64,000 nt of DNA from positions 56,800 through 120,799 of the forward strand of contig CAXTVZ010000001.1 of the NCBI GenBank assembly GCA_964247685.1, given 5' to 3'. The notes beneath the pieces were generated by a model. The model was not told the DNA's origin and did not search any database. It saw nothing but the letters and a program-made list of their open reading frames with translations. Origin of the DNA: an uncultured Acetobacteraceae bacterium (lineage in GTDB: Bacteria > Pseudomonadota > Alphaproteobacteria > Acetobacterales > Acetobacteraceae). Made by a program: the position numbers and the translations under genes. Below are positions 7,957 through 16,514 of the stretch, piece after piece; the first letter of the stretch is position 1; every line of letters begins with the position of its first letter.

Positions 7957-8223
7957 GTGCAGCAACTCAGTAAAGACGCCCAGAGTGTCGCCGTTTGTTT
8001 CTTCGGCTTCATGCCGAAGGTAGAACTCGTTTTTCACCGACCGCGTATTATTCATCCGCGGATGCGGTCAGCGCTGGACGAACTGACCGAAGCTGGTTTG
8101 TTGACGACCGAAGACGATAAGCGCGGGCCAAAGGCGTGGAAGGCAACGCCTGAGCTAACCGCGCTGGCCAAGACGCTTCCGCGTCCTAGGGAGGAAGACA
8201 GCGTTCCCCTGACAACAAAGTAA
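7957..8223 (+). CDS. hypothetical protein
   Basis: GTG 7957 five nt after AGGAGG; lower-GC patch. Confidence 0.5.
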   Translation: MQQLSKDAQSVAVCFFGFMPKVELVFHRPRIIHPRMRSALDELTEAGLLTTEDDKRGPKAWKATPELTALAKTLPRPREEDSVPLTTK

Positions 8224-8275
8224 CCAGCGAGCACAAGCTTGCCTGCATTTGGCAAGCGGCATGGAGCTTCCAACG

Positions 8276-8494
8276 ATGAGCACCACGACAGCAAGTTACG
8301 ACAAAAGGTTTCTACCCTACGCGGAGGCTGCTCTTGGCGCTTACGCTCGGGCGGTCGGTTGGCACGCCGACGCCGGTCCGGACCAGGCCATCGTGGCGTG
8401 CGTCGCCTCGCTTCTTCATTACGCCGCAGCGAATGGCTGCGAGCCGTCGGACATGATCGAGCGAGCGAAGGAAATGTATGACACCGAGGCCTGA
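8276..8494 (+). CDS. hypothetical protein
   Basis: Start uncertain (ATG 8249, 8261 or 8276); GGAG 9 nt before 8276; begins ATGAGCACC like the 32.8-33.6 kb cassette genes. Confidence 0.45.
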   Translation: MSTTTASYDKRFLPYAEAALGAYARAVGWHADAGPDQAIVACVASLLHYAAANGCEPSDMIERAKEMYDTEA

Positions 8495-8507
8495 CCAGCG
8501 TCATCGC

Positions 8508-8536
8508 TTGCTCGGTGCGCGGAAAACGCGTAAGTC
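8508..8536 (+). promoter_or_regulatory. promoter-like repeat with conserved spacer
   Basis: TTGCTC-ggtgcgcggaaaacgcg-TAAGTC. Confidence 0.5.
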
Positions 8537-8544
8537 AATAACCG

Positions 8545-8564
8545 GCCGAGGGGACGTCCCAGGC
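8545..8564 (+). promoter_or_regulatory. leader stem-loop box
   Basis: GCCGAGGGGACGTCCCAGGC, ends 20 nt before ATG 8585. Confidence 0.6.
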
Positions 8565-8584
8565 CGCACCCAAGGACGAAGCTG

Positions 8585-8755
8585 ATGGCACGAGCCGCCC
8601 CAACCCTGCACGCCGAGTTGCGCAACAGACGACGCACGCCGCAGCCGTTCAACGTGTCGTATCGCCGCGTCGGCGGCCTGCGCCTGCTCAAGCTGGGACG
8701 ACTGACGATCAGCTTTTCCGTCTCGCGTTCGTTCAAGCCCATCAAGGGCACCTAG
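8585..8755 (+). CDS. small basic protein (below ORF-track cutoff)
   Basis: 56 aa MARAAPTLHAELRNRRRTPQPFNVSYRRVGGLRLLKLGRLTISFSV...; high GC3; positioned exactly behind promoter repeat and leader box. Confidence 0.45.
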   Translation: MARAAPTLHAELRNRRRTPQPFNVSYRRVGGLRLLKLGRLTISFSVSRSFKPIKGT

Positions 8756-8770
8756 AGCCAACCGCCACCG

Positions 8771-8791
8771 GCCAAGGGCGCTGTGCCCAGG
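8771..8791 (+). promoter_or_regulatory. leader stem-loop box (intercistronic)
   Basis: GCCAAGGGCGCTGTGCCCAGG, ends 20 nt before ATG 8812. Confidence 0.55.
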
Positions 8792-8811
8792 TCAAGCACC
8801 AGGATGCCGTC

Positions 8812-9195
8812 ATGAACCGCCACCGCTATATCCGCGCCACGCATGAAACCGAGGACAGCGAGACCGGCGCGGTCACCAGCTGCACCGAGACCCGGATCCA
8901 CTACACCTACCTCGCTGGCTGCGCCGCCCAGGTCTATGGGCCGGCCGAGCGCTGCCACCCGGCCGAGGCGGCCGAGGTCGAACTCGACTACGTCGAACGC
9001 GAGCAAGAGGGCAGGTGGGTGCGCCTGGACCTCAGCCGCGCCGAGGCGGCCTCGCCCGAAAGCATGCACGACCACGCCCTGCAGGTGTGGGCGGAGTACT
9101 ACCTCGCCGAGCACACCGACGAGGTGACCGAGCGTGAGGCTGACCTAGCCGCCGAAGCGCGGGAATACGCTGCGGAGTGCCGCGCCGACCGATAG
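8812..9195 (+). CDS. hypothetical acidic protein
   Basis: 127 aa ORF. Confidence 0.55.
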   Translation: MNRHRYIRATHETEDSETGAVTSCTETRIHYTYLAGCAAQVYGPAERCHPAEAAEVELDYVEREQEGRWVRLDLSRAEAASPESMHDHALQVWAEYYLAEHTDEVTEREADLAAEAREYAAECRADR

Positions 9196-9211
9196 CCGAC
9201 CAGCCAGCACG

Positions 9212-9231
9212 GCCAAGGGATCGTCCCGGGC
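9212..9231 (+). promoter_or_regulatory. leader stem-loop box (intercistronic)
   Basis: GCCAAGGGATCGTCCCGGGC, ends 19 nt before ATG 9251. Confidence 0.6.
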
Positions 9232-9250
9232 CGATCGACAGGAGCCTGCA

Positions 9251-9457
9251 ATGCAAAAACGACGCTACATCCCCGCTTGGCGCACGCCCCAAGCCCACAA
9301 GCCCACAGCCCGACACGTGCTACTCCGGGCCGCGGCGTTCGCCTGGCGTGCCTATCGCAGCAGCCGCGACGCTCAGGAGTGGGCGGCAATGCTAGGCCTA
9401 ATCGGCCTGCTGCCGCTGACCACCTTCGCCTGCCTCTACCTGTTCGGCTCGCCATGA
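9251..9457 (+). CDS. small protein with C-terminal hydrophobic helix
   Basis: 68 aa, AGGAG 6 nt upstream; MLGLIGLLPLTTFACLYLF. Confidence 0.5.
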   Translation: MQKRRYIPAWRTPQAHKPTARHVLLRAAAFAWRAYRSSRDAQEWAAMLGLIGLLPLTTFACLYLFGSP

Positions 9458-9675
9458 CCGCGCCGGTGAGCTCTGCCACCTACCGTGCGGCGGTGAACGC
9501 GTTCGCGGTGGCCCGCCTGCACCTCACGGTCGCCGAGGCCATGCACGCCGACGGATTGTTGCCAGCAGCCGACATGGAGCGAGCCCGCGGCGCCTGGGAC
9601 GACGCCGGCTTCACCTACCGCCACGCCGAGCTGCTCGAGGTGCTTCGGCTTGATGCCAGCTCGGGGGCCGCCTAG
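9454..9675 (+). CDS. hypothetical protein
   Basis: ATGA overlap with previous CDS. Confidence 0.5.
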   Translation: MTAPVSSATYRAAVNAFAVARLHLTVAEAMHADGLLPAADMERARGAWDDAGFTYRHAELLEVLRLDASSGAA

Positions 9676-9924
9676 GTGCGGTGGGGACCGTCGACGCCCA
9701 CACCCGCCGAGCGCCTGCGCGCCAGGTGCACGTATTGGGAGGCCCGCGGCCTGGCTTACTGGCAGGGCCGTCTTGCCGCGGCTGAGCGGTCGGTTGCCAA
9801 GGCAACGACGATGCAGGCGGTCCGCCGCACGATCGAGCGCCGTCAGGAGTGCGAGCACGCAGTTCACACCCTGCGCCAAGCGGCGGCCGATCCCGCGCCG
9901 AATTTGCCGGCCACTGCCCAATAA
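9676..9924 (+). CDS. hypothetical protein
   Basis: GTG immediately after previous stop; 82 aa. Confidence 0.5.
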   Translation: MRWGPSTPTPAERLRARCTYWEARGLAYWQGRLAAAERSVAKATTMQAVRRTIERRQECEHAVHTLRQAAADPAPNLPATAQ

Positions 9925-9927
9925 GCC

Positions 9928-9956
9928 TTGCTCCGTGCGTGGAAAGCGCGTAAACA
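9928..9956 (+). promoter_or_regulatory. promoter-like repeat with conserved spacer
   Basis: TTGCTC-cgtgcgtggaaagcgcg-TAAACA. Confidence 0.5.
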
Positions 9957-9965
9957 TGAGTCAGC

Positions 9966-9986
9966 GCCAAGGGGTGTGTCCCGGGC
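9966..9986 (+). promoter_or_regulatory. leader stem-loop box
   Basis: GCCAAGGGGTGTGTCCCGGGC, ends 18 nt before ATG 10005. Confidence 0.6.
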
Positions 9987-10004
9987 GTCTCGAAGGAGCC
10001 AGCC

Positions 10005-10328
10005 ATGTTCGCACTCGACGCCCGCATCGCCCGTGAGCCCGTTGGTTGCCCCGGCCACAACGCCGAGTTCTTTCCAGAGCGCATCGCGCTGGACGAGATC
10101 ACCCGCCTAGCGTGCCTGGTCGGCACCGCCCGCCGCGCTTTCGTGCTGGCGGTGGACAAGCTGCGCGGCGCAAACCGCCGGCGGACGTCCAAGGCTGCCA
10201 ATCACCCGACCGAGCGCCGCCTGCGGCAGTCCATCGCCATGCGCGCCCTCAACCGCGCCCGCACCACGCTGATCCGTGCGGAGAAAGCACTGGCCGACGC
10301 TCAGGCGCGGCTTGCCGCCGTTCACTAG
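10005..10328 (+). CDS. hypothetical protein
   Basis: 107 aa, AAGGAG upstream. Confidence 0.55.
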   Translation: MFALDARIAREPVGCPGHNAEFFPERIALDEITRLACLVGTARRAFVLAVDKLRGANRRRTSKAANHPTERRLRQSIAMRALNRARTTLIRAEKALADAQARLAAVH

Positions 10329-10381
10329 GCAGAACACACCGCTCGGTTGAGCCCAGCCGCCAGACAGCGTACGCTCACACC

Positions 10382-10394
10382 CAACAAAATGTTG
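10382..10394. promoter_or_regulatory. CAACA-N3-TGTTG palindrome (operator-like)
   Basis: CAACAaaaTGTTG; right arm starts TTGCCC-N18-TAGTCT. Confidence 0.55.
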
Positions 10395-10430
10395 CCCCAA
10401 GAAGGCACGCCGGCGTAGTCTCCCGGCCGG

Positions 10431-10450
10431 GCCGAGGGACGCACCCGGCC
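10431..10450 (+). promoter_or_regulatory. leader stem-loop box
   Basis: GCCGAGGGACGCACCCGGCC, ends 18 nt before TTG 10469. Confidence 0.55.
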
Positions 10451-10468
10451 GAACGAACGGAGGACTTG

Positions 10469-11011
10469 TTGGCTGATCCTGCTGCGAGCGTTCGCCCGTC
10501 GTCGCTAGAACGCATCGACCGGCTCTCCGCGCCGGCGGTGGTCGGCAAAATGTATTTGGTACCGACGGTGCACGGGAAATGGTTCAGCGAAATCAAAGAT
10601 TGGACGGTCATGGGCGACGCGCACCAGGACAGTCACTTCTTCAGCTTCGAGCCGTTGCACTACCACCTTGATCGCCGCTTTCTGCCGCACAAACACACGC
10701 TCGCTTTTGTAGCCGAGCGCTATCCTTTGTGCGGACCGCACGCGCGCGATGAGGCGCTGCTGCATCTTGGCCCGGTGATCTGGCGGCGGCGTATGTGCTT
10801 GCAAGAAATGTCGCCGTTTCCAGTTTGGCCGAATGCGGTCAAAGCAATGCAGGCCGCCATTTCCGGAACGCAGTGCCGCGTAGACAACGCCGGCTGGATC
10901 TGTCCGCACCGTCAGTTTTCCCTCGGCTCTATCGAGCCCGACGCAAGCGGCATCATTCGCTGCCCGTTGCACGGTCTGCAGGTCAACGCCGAAACGGGCG
11001 TGGTAATCTGA
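10469..11011 (+). CDS. Rieske [2Fe-2S] domain protein
   Basis: WICPHRQFSLGSIEPDASGIIRCPLHGL (CxH-N17-CxxH); TTG start inferred from GGAGG and leader-box spacing, ATG 10550 possible; lower GC. Confidence 0.6.
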   Translation: MADPAASVRPSSLERIDRLSAPAVVGKMYLVPTVHGKWFSEIKDWTVMGDAHQDSHFFSFEPLHYHLDRRFLPHKHTLAFVAERYPLCGPHARDEALLHLGPVIWRRRMCLQEMSPFPVWPNAVKAMQAAISGTQCRVDNAGWICPHRQFSLGSIEPDASGIIRCPLHGLQVNAETGVVI

Positions 11012-11241
11012 TGGCGCGCGCAGCCGCGAAGGCCGTGCGTGCGAGGCCGGCGCACCAGCACTCGACCTGCCAGGACGACCGCCGCAAGCGCGGCGCCGAC
11101 GGCACCTGGCGCACCGAACGTTGCAACGTGCCGCTGTTTGCCGAGGCGCACCGCGCCGCCGGGCGGTGCCAGTGGTGCATCGACGGGCACAACCACGCGG
11201 ACAACGAAGCGGTATCGGCGCTCAAAGGAGCGTTGCCTTGA
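11011..11241 (+). CDS. small Cys/His-rich protein
   Basis: TGATG overlap with Rieske CDS; 76 aa. Confidence 0.45.
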   Translation: MARAAAKAVRARPAHQHSTCQDDRRKRGADGTWRTERCNVPLFAEAHRAAGRCQWCIDGHNHADNEAVSALKGALP

Positions 11242-11606
11242 ACGTGCATTATCCGATCATGTGTGATTTTCAGTTGCTCACTGAGCCCGGTGATAAGCCG
11301 TTCGTGCTCGGCGTGCGGCGCTTCACACAGGGCGATTACGGTGCGGTCACACGGATGATCGTGTCGCAATCGTGTGAGGACAAACACGGCTTGCTGGACG
11401 TCGAAGCATCGCCGCGGATGCTGCGCAAGCTTGCCGCGTGGGCGGCGTCAGCCGCAGACGCGGTCGAGCGTCACGCTGTCGATACAGCGGAGCGTCGCAC
11501 GGCCGATGCGCGCGAAAGGCTGCTCCACGCTTCAGAAAAGCTTGCGCAAAGCGGGGGGCCGAACTGGGCGAGCGATTTTCTTCCAACTGACACAATCGAA
11601 AATTGA
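11238..11606 (+). CDS. hypothetical protein
   Basis: TTG 11238 overlaps previous stop, AGGAG 8 nt upstream; GTG 11244 or ATG 11262 possible. Confidence 0.5.
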   Translation: MNVHYPIMCDFQLLTEPGDKPFVLGVRRFTQGDYGAVTRMIVSQSCEDKHGLLDVEASPRMLRKLAAWAASAADAVERHAVDTAERRTADARERLLHASEKLAQSGGPNWASDFLPTDTIEN

Positions 11607-12025
11607 AAGACCAGCAAGTGCTCAAACCCATTGAAGGCATGTCGGCGTTCGGCGAGCGGCTACGCGGCGCTTGGCGCGTGCTGACCGGACAGTGCATGGC
11701 GCAAAGCGCCGCCGACGCGTGGCGCGACACCGAGGCCTACGGCCAAGTCATACGGCTGTCGTTCCAGCTGCGTGTGCACGAGGTAGCCTGGATGAAGGTG
11801 GCGCACATCACCAGCCAGACGCACCGCGGCAAGGAAAACGCCTGGGCGGCGCTGTCGCGAGTCAACGCCATCGCGCACGAATCACGCGGCGCGTTGGCTT
11901 TCAACGCGAAGCGGCCCGGCTTCCTACGCGACGCGTTGTCGCGCGCCGAAGCCGAAGTCAGAGAGATCGACGCGGCGGCGGCCAGCGTGCCGAACGCGCA
12001 GCTTAAGACGGCAGCGGCAACGTGA
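11603..12025 (+). CDS. hypothetical protein
   Basis: TTG overlaps previous stop; alternative ATG 11639. Confidence 0.5.
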   Translation: MKDQQVLKPIEGMSAFGERLRGAWRVLTGQCMAQSAADAWRDTEAYGQVIRLSFQLRVHEVAWMKVAHITSQTHRGKENAWAALSRVNAIAHESRGALAFNAKRPGFLRDALSRAEAEVREIDAAAASVPNAQLKTAAAT

Positions 12026-12462
12026 GCGGCCTCGGCATCCTCAGCGTCGGCGCCGGCGACACGAAGCTGACCTTCGACAAGTCGAACCCGGCTGAGCGCA
12101 TCCGCTCGGCGCGCATCGTCACCGACATGCTGCGCCGCGGCTACGCCCTGCTGATCGAGGAAGACGACGGCCAGGGCGGCAAGCGCACGCACCGCGTGCG
12201 CGAGTTCCGCGAGGACGTCTGCGAATACATCATCGCCGACCTCGACCCCGAGGCGGCCGCCAGGACGGATCGACAAGATGGGCAAGCCAGCGAAGGACCG
12301 ATCGAGGGTCCGGCACCTGAAGGAGTTGAAACGCGAGCAGCGGAAGCGCGAGAGGGAGCAGCACGAGAGGCAAGGAACGCTCCCCGCCGCAGCTACATCA
12401 CGCGGTCTATCCCGGCAGACGGCGTCCACGGGGTTGCGGTCGCCCGCAGCGCCGGCGGGTGA
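12022..12462 (+). CDS. hypothetical protein (3' third overlaps next ORF out of frame)
   Basis: GTGA overlap with previous CDS; N-terminal 85 aa look protein-like, tail is low complexity. Confidence 0.45.
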   Translation: MSGLGILSVGAGDTKLTFDKSNPAERIRSARIVTDMLRRGYALLIEEDDGQGGKRTHRVREFREDVCEYIIADLDPEAAARTDRQDGQASEGPIEGPAPEGVETRAAEAREGAAREARNAPRRSYITRSIPADGVHGVAVARSAGG

Positions 12463-13189
12463 TGTCGACTTCGAGCGCCTCCGGGCGGTCACGCTTTTTG
12501 AGCAGCTCGACGGCTACGCCGGCGTGCGCAACCAGCTGCATCGCCTGGCCACCGGCCGGCGCGACTGGTCCGGCTATCCAATGCCGCTCGACGACCTCAG
12601 CCTGGTCATTGAGCCGACTTTTCCGCGCGCCGACGCCATCATGGCGGTCGGTCGCAAGCCAGACCCGGACGCCGACGGCGTCGAGCGCAGGGTGCGCAAC
12701 GTTTTCTGGTCGTGGAAGTACCGCGCACCCGTCGCAGTGTGGGAGGAAGGCGGCAAAATCGAGTGGGGTCCTGTGGGCCGACCGCAGCAGACCGACCTGC
12801 TGCTCAACACGCTGGGCGCGGCCGATGCATGGGGCATCGAGCAGGAGGGCGCGGCCGTCGACACGCTTGGCAAGCTGCTGCGCCACCGGCAGTTCAAGCA
12901 ATACCTCATCACCGGCATGTTCATGGAGCGCAGCAAGCGCAGCGGCGTCAGCTACCTGTTCCGCAAGCTCCGCCCGACGGTGGCGATACGCGCGGATGAC
13001 GATGGCAGGATGCGCGTGCTGGCGGCGCTGTGCATGCACCCCATCGGCTACTACGAGCGCTCTTGGTCGGGTGCGATGACGCCAACGGACGACGTGATCG
13101 CGCACCTGATGCTGATGCGCGGCGACGAGCACATGTTCTGGCGCCGCTCGAACCAGCACCCGGCGTGGACGCCGGAAGCGGGTCTGTGA
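12278..13189 (+). CDS. hypothetical protein
   Basis: 303 aa; basic KRE-rich N-terminus then globular region; 185-nt out-of-frame overlap with 12022..12462. Confidence 0.55.
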   Translation: MGKPAKDRSRVRHLKELKREQRKREREQHERQGTLPAAATSRGLSRQTASTGLRSPAAPAGDVDFERLRAVTLFEQLDGYAGVRNQLHRLATGRRDWSGYPMPLDDLSLVIEPTFPRADAIMAVGRKPDPDADGVERRVRNVFWSWKYRAPVAVWEEGGKIEWGPVGRPQQTDLLLNTLGAADAWGIEQEGAAVDTLGKLLRHRQFKQYLITGMFMERSKRSGVSYLFRKLRPTVAIRADDDGRMRVLAALCMHPIGYYERSWSGAMTPTDDVIAHLMLMRGDEHMFWRRSNQHPAWTPEAGL

Positions 13190-13425
13190 TGGCGGACACC
13201 GACAACCGCCCGAGGCCCTACAACCTGGCCAACGCCGACGACCGCGCCCGCTTGCTGCGCGAGACGCTCGGCTATGCGCGCGTCAGCTTGCATCACGGCA
13301 CCGACACCAAGGGCCGGCGCTACGCCTACGACGCGCTGAAAGCGGCACTCGACGCGGGCGGGGTGCTCGAGCTTTCCGTCGACGCCGAGATGGCGGTCGA
13401 CACCGGCAAGCACGCCCGCAAATGA
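13189..13425 (+). CDS. hypothetical protein
   Basis: TGATG overlap; 78 aa. Confidence 0.5.
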   Translation: MADTDNRPRPYNLANADDRARLLRETLGYARVSLHHGTDTKGRRYAYDALKAALDAGGVLELSVDAEMAVDTGKHARK

Positions 13426-14225
13426 CCATCCAGCACATCGTCATGTTTTCAGGAGGAATCGGATCGTGGGCCTGCGCTGATCGCGTAAAGGCGAGATTTG
13501 GGGCGCGAGACATGACACTGCTTTTTACCGACACGTTGTCCGAACACCAGGACCTTTATCGGTTTCTGAGTGATGCGGCGGCAAACATCGGTGCTCCGCT
13601 TATCCAGATCAGTGAGGGTCGCACACCATTTCAGGTGTTTCGAGACGAACGCTTCCTTGGCAACAGCAGCGTTGATCCATGCAGCAAGATACTGAAAAGG
13701 CGGCTGGCTGACCGCTGGCTCAAGAGCAACTGCGACCCGACAAACACCGTCATCTATGTCGGCATAGACTGGTCCGAATCTCATCGGTTCGATGACGGCA
13801 AGGGTCACGGCCTGAGAGTGCGCCGCGCAGAAGACGGGTGGCGGTATGAAGCGCCGCTAACCGAGCCGCCTTATTTGACTAAGCGTGAAATGTTAGCTCA
13901 TGCCAGCGGGCTCGGGTTGCAGCCAAGCAGCTCCTATGCTGACGGTTTTGCCCACGATAACTGTCGCGGCCTCTGCTGTAAGGCCGGGCAAGGGCAGTTC
14001 GCTCATCTGCTGCGCGTGCGCCCCGACGTCTATGCGGAAGGCGAGCGCGAGGAGAACTCCTTACGAGATTTGTTGGGTGACGTCTCGATGATGACCGACC
14101 GCACAGGCGACGGAAAAAAGAAGCCGCTCACCATGACAGCCTTGCGACAGCGAATAGAGGCCGGAGGGCAGATCGACATGTTCGACATCGGCGGCTGCGG
14201 CTGCTTCGTTGATGATGATGCGTAG
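13422..14225 (+). CDS. PAPS-reductase-like PP-loop ATP pyrophosphatase family protein
   Basis: N-terminal VMFSGGIGSWA PP-loop; ATGA overlap; GC clearly lower than neighbours. Confidence 0.65.
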   Translation: MTIQHIVMFSGGIGSWACADRVKARFGARDMTLLFTDTLSEHQDLYRFLSDAAANIGAPLIQISEGRTPFQVFRDERFLGNSSVDPCSKILKRRLADRWLKSNCDPTNTVIYVGIDWSESHRFDDGKGHGLRVRRAEDGWRYEAPLTEPPYLTKREMLAHASGLGLQPSSSYADGFAHDNCRGLCCKAGQGQFAHLLRVRPDVYAEGEREENSLRDLLGDVSMMTDRTGDGKKKPLTMTALRQRIEAGGQIDMFDIGGCGCFVDDDA

Positions 14226-14237
14226 CGGCCGCGTCGT

Positions 14238-15557
14238 ATGACAGTGCGCGTGCTCGTCGGATCGGCGCTAGAGTTGCTGCGCGGCCTGCCGTCGGACAGC
14301 GTGCACGCCTGCGTCACCAGCCCGCCCTACTACGGCCTGCGCTCATACCTGCCGGACGGGCACCCGGACAAGGCGCTCGAGCTGGGGCTCGAGGACACGC
14401 CCGACGCCTACGTGGCGCGCATGGTAGAGGTGTTTCGCGAGGTGCGCCGCGTGCTGCGCCCGGACGGCGTGTGCTGGCTCAACCTGGGCGACAGCTACGC
14501 CGGCGGTGGAAACGGCGGCGGTGGGTCGTTTGCAATCGATGACGAGCGAGCCGCCGACCTTGGCATCGACAAGAACGTCGCCGGCCGGTCGGGCCGGCGC
14601 GGATGCGGTGCCGGCATCAAGCCGAAAGATCTCATGATGATGCCGGCGCAGGTCGCCATCGCGCTGCGCGCCGACGGCTGGTGGCTTCGGTCGGAGACGA
14701 TCTGGCACAAGCCGAGTCCGCTGACCGAGAGCTGCAACGACCGGCCGACGTCAGCGCACGAGAAGGTCTACCTGCTCACGAAGTCGGAGCGCTACGCCTA
14801 CGACGCCGAAGCGATAGCCGAGCCGATCGTCGAGTCCTCCGCGAAGCGGCTGAGCCAGAACGTCCAGGCGCAGCTTGGAAGTTCGCGCGCGAACGACGGC
14901 CTGCGAAGGACCGGCAACATGAAGGCGGTGGGCTACGCGACGCGCAATGCTCGCAACGTGTGGACCATCGCTCGCCAGCCGTTCGACGGCCCGCATTTCG
15001 CGACGATGCCGCCGAGGCTGGCCGAGCTCTGCGTCAAGTCGGGCACCAGCGAGCACGGTGCCTGCGCACATTGCGGCGCGCCCTTCGAACGCATGATCGA
15101 GAAAGGCGAGCCGGACCTCGAAGCCGCTCGCCGCTGCGGTGCCAACTCGTTCGGCGGCTACCACGGCACGGCCACGAAGCACTACGCCGGCGCCGGCGTG
15201 CAAGTGCCAGGCGACGTCAAGGCGCGCATCCTGGCGGGCATGCGACCGAAGATCACGGTCGGCTGGCAGAGGCCCTGCGGCTGTCCTGACGCGCCGCCGG
15301 TGCCGTGCACCGTGCTCGACCCGTTCGGCGGCGCCGGTACCACCGGCCTCGTCGCCGACCGGCTCGGCCGCAACGCCATCCTGATCGAGCTCAACCCGGA
15401 GTCCGCCGAACTGGCGCGCGCGCGTATTCGCGGCGACGCGCCGCTGTTCACCGACGTCACGGCCGCGCACCCGCCGCGACAGGATGACCTCGCCGCCGAT
15501 GTCGGCGGCGCGATGTGCCAAACCCTCGATACCGAAAAGGAACCGCAATGCGCGTAG
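14238..15557 (+). CDS. DNA methyltransferase, beta class (N4-C or N6-A), SPPY type
   Basis: VTSPPYYGLRSY catalytic motif near N-terminus, VLDPFGGAGTTGLVA SAM motif near C-terminus, Cys-rich insert CAHCG...CGC. Confidence 0.85.
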   Translation: MTVRVLVGSALELLRGLPSDSVHACVTSPPYYGLRSYLPDGHPDKALELGLEDTPDAYVARMVEVFREVRRVLRPDGVCWLNLGDSYAGGGNGGGGSFAIDDERAADLGIDKNVAGRSGRRGCGAGIKPKDLMMMPAQVAIALRADGWWLRSETIWHKPSPLTESCNDRPTSAHEKVYLLTKSERYAYDAEAIAEPIVESSAKRLSQNVQAQLGSSRANDGLRRTGNMKAVGYATRNARNVWTIARQPFDGPHFATMPPRLAELCVKSGTSEHGACAHCGAPFERMIEKGEPDLEAARRCGANSFGGYHGTATKHYAGAGVQVPGDVKARILAGMRPKITVGWQRPCGCPDAPPVPCTVLDPFGGAGTTGLVADRLGRNAILIELNPESAELARARIRGDAPLFTDVTAAHPPRQDDLAADVGGAMCQTLDTEKEPQCA

Positions 15558-15874
15558 TCATCGTCGCCGCCGGAGCGTTCTTCGCCCTGGCGCTGCTCAT
15601 CCTGGTCAGCAACGTGCTCGGGCTCATCCCCGACAGCGTCCAGCTCGCCTGGATGCCATACCGCGTCCACCAGGAATCGCGGATCGTCACCAACAGCCAG
15701 GGCTACATCGCCGCGCAGACTCAGCAACTGCGCATGCTGCAGGTGCAATACCTCTCTCCCGACACCGTGCCAGCGCAGAAGGCGGCCATCGTCAACCAGA
15801 TGCACGGCGTCGCTGACCGTCTGCACGGCGACGACCTGCCGGACGACATTCGCACCTTCCTCGCAACGCACTGA
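15548..15874 (+). CDS. membrane-anchored protein
   Basis: MRVVIVAAGAFFALALLILV N-terminal helix; AAGGA upstream; overlaps methylase 3' end. Confidence 0.5.
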   Translation: MRVVIVAAGAFFALALLILVSNVLGLIPDSVQLAWMPYRVHQESRIVTNSQGYIAAQTQQLRMLQVQYLSPDTVPAQKAAIVNQMHGVADRLHGDDLPDDIRTFLATH

Positions 15875-15887
15875 TCCGGAGGCTCCC

Positions 15888-16508
15888 ATGCGCCGCAACC
15901 TCAAAATTGCTTTCGGCTTGCTCGCACTCGTTGCCTGCACCGCCGACGACTGCACGAACACGCCGCCGCCCACCGCCAACCAGCACGAGTCCGCACAGCA
16001 GAACGCCGGGCTCGAGCAGGTGCACCGCAACCAGCCGGCTCCGACGGTAGACTGGTCGTTCGACAGGGAGGTTGTCGTGCAGATGTTTCTCGCGCGACAG
16101 CACGGCGTGGCCACCTACTCGGTGGTCTATGACCAGCTCGCAGCACCCGGCAGCCGGGTGGAGTTCGCCTGCCCGTCGCTGGGCTACCCGGTGCCCTACT
16201 CGACGCAAATCACCAACCCGCACGTCGCTGAGAAGCTCGTGCTCGGCCAGCGCCAGGACGAGCCAGGCGCGGCACGCACCGAGGCGGTGGTGGTCGACCA
16301 GGCCGAGCCGAACGGCCTGTTTCCGCCCGGCTCGTCGGAGGCCACCTGGGTGCCCTGCGTGGGCGACAACGGCCAGCTGCAGCCGCAATACATCGAAGAT
16401 CACGTCTCCACCTTCGCCTACCCGGTTCAGGAGGACGCGCATGGCCGGCTGGTCAAGGTGCCTGGTGCGAAGTCCTCGGTGAACATCGACCCGACGCCCG
16501 CCAGGTAG
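15888..16508 (+). CDS. lipoprotein
   Basis: Signal peptide with lipobox LLALVAC; GGAGG upstream. Confidence 0.6.
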   Translation: MRRNLKIAFGLLALVACTADDCTNTPPPTANQHESAQQNAGLEQVHRNQPAPTVDWSFDREVVVQMFLARQHGVATYSVVYDQLAAPGSRVEFACPSLGYPVPYSTQITNPHVAEKLVLGQRQDEPGAARTEAVVVDQAEPNGLFPPGSSEATWVPCVGDNGQLQPQYIEDHVSTFAYPVQEDAHGRLVKVPGAKSSVNIDPTPAR

Positions 16509-16514
16509 CAGCAG

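Noticed and set aside
8236-8259. Perfect inverted repeat GCTTGCC-N10-GGCAAGC after CDS 7957-8223
   Set aside because: It has no T-run and occurs only once. It could be a weak terminator or an operator, and there was not enough evidence to call either.
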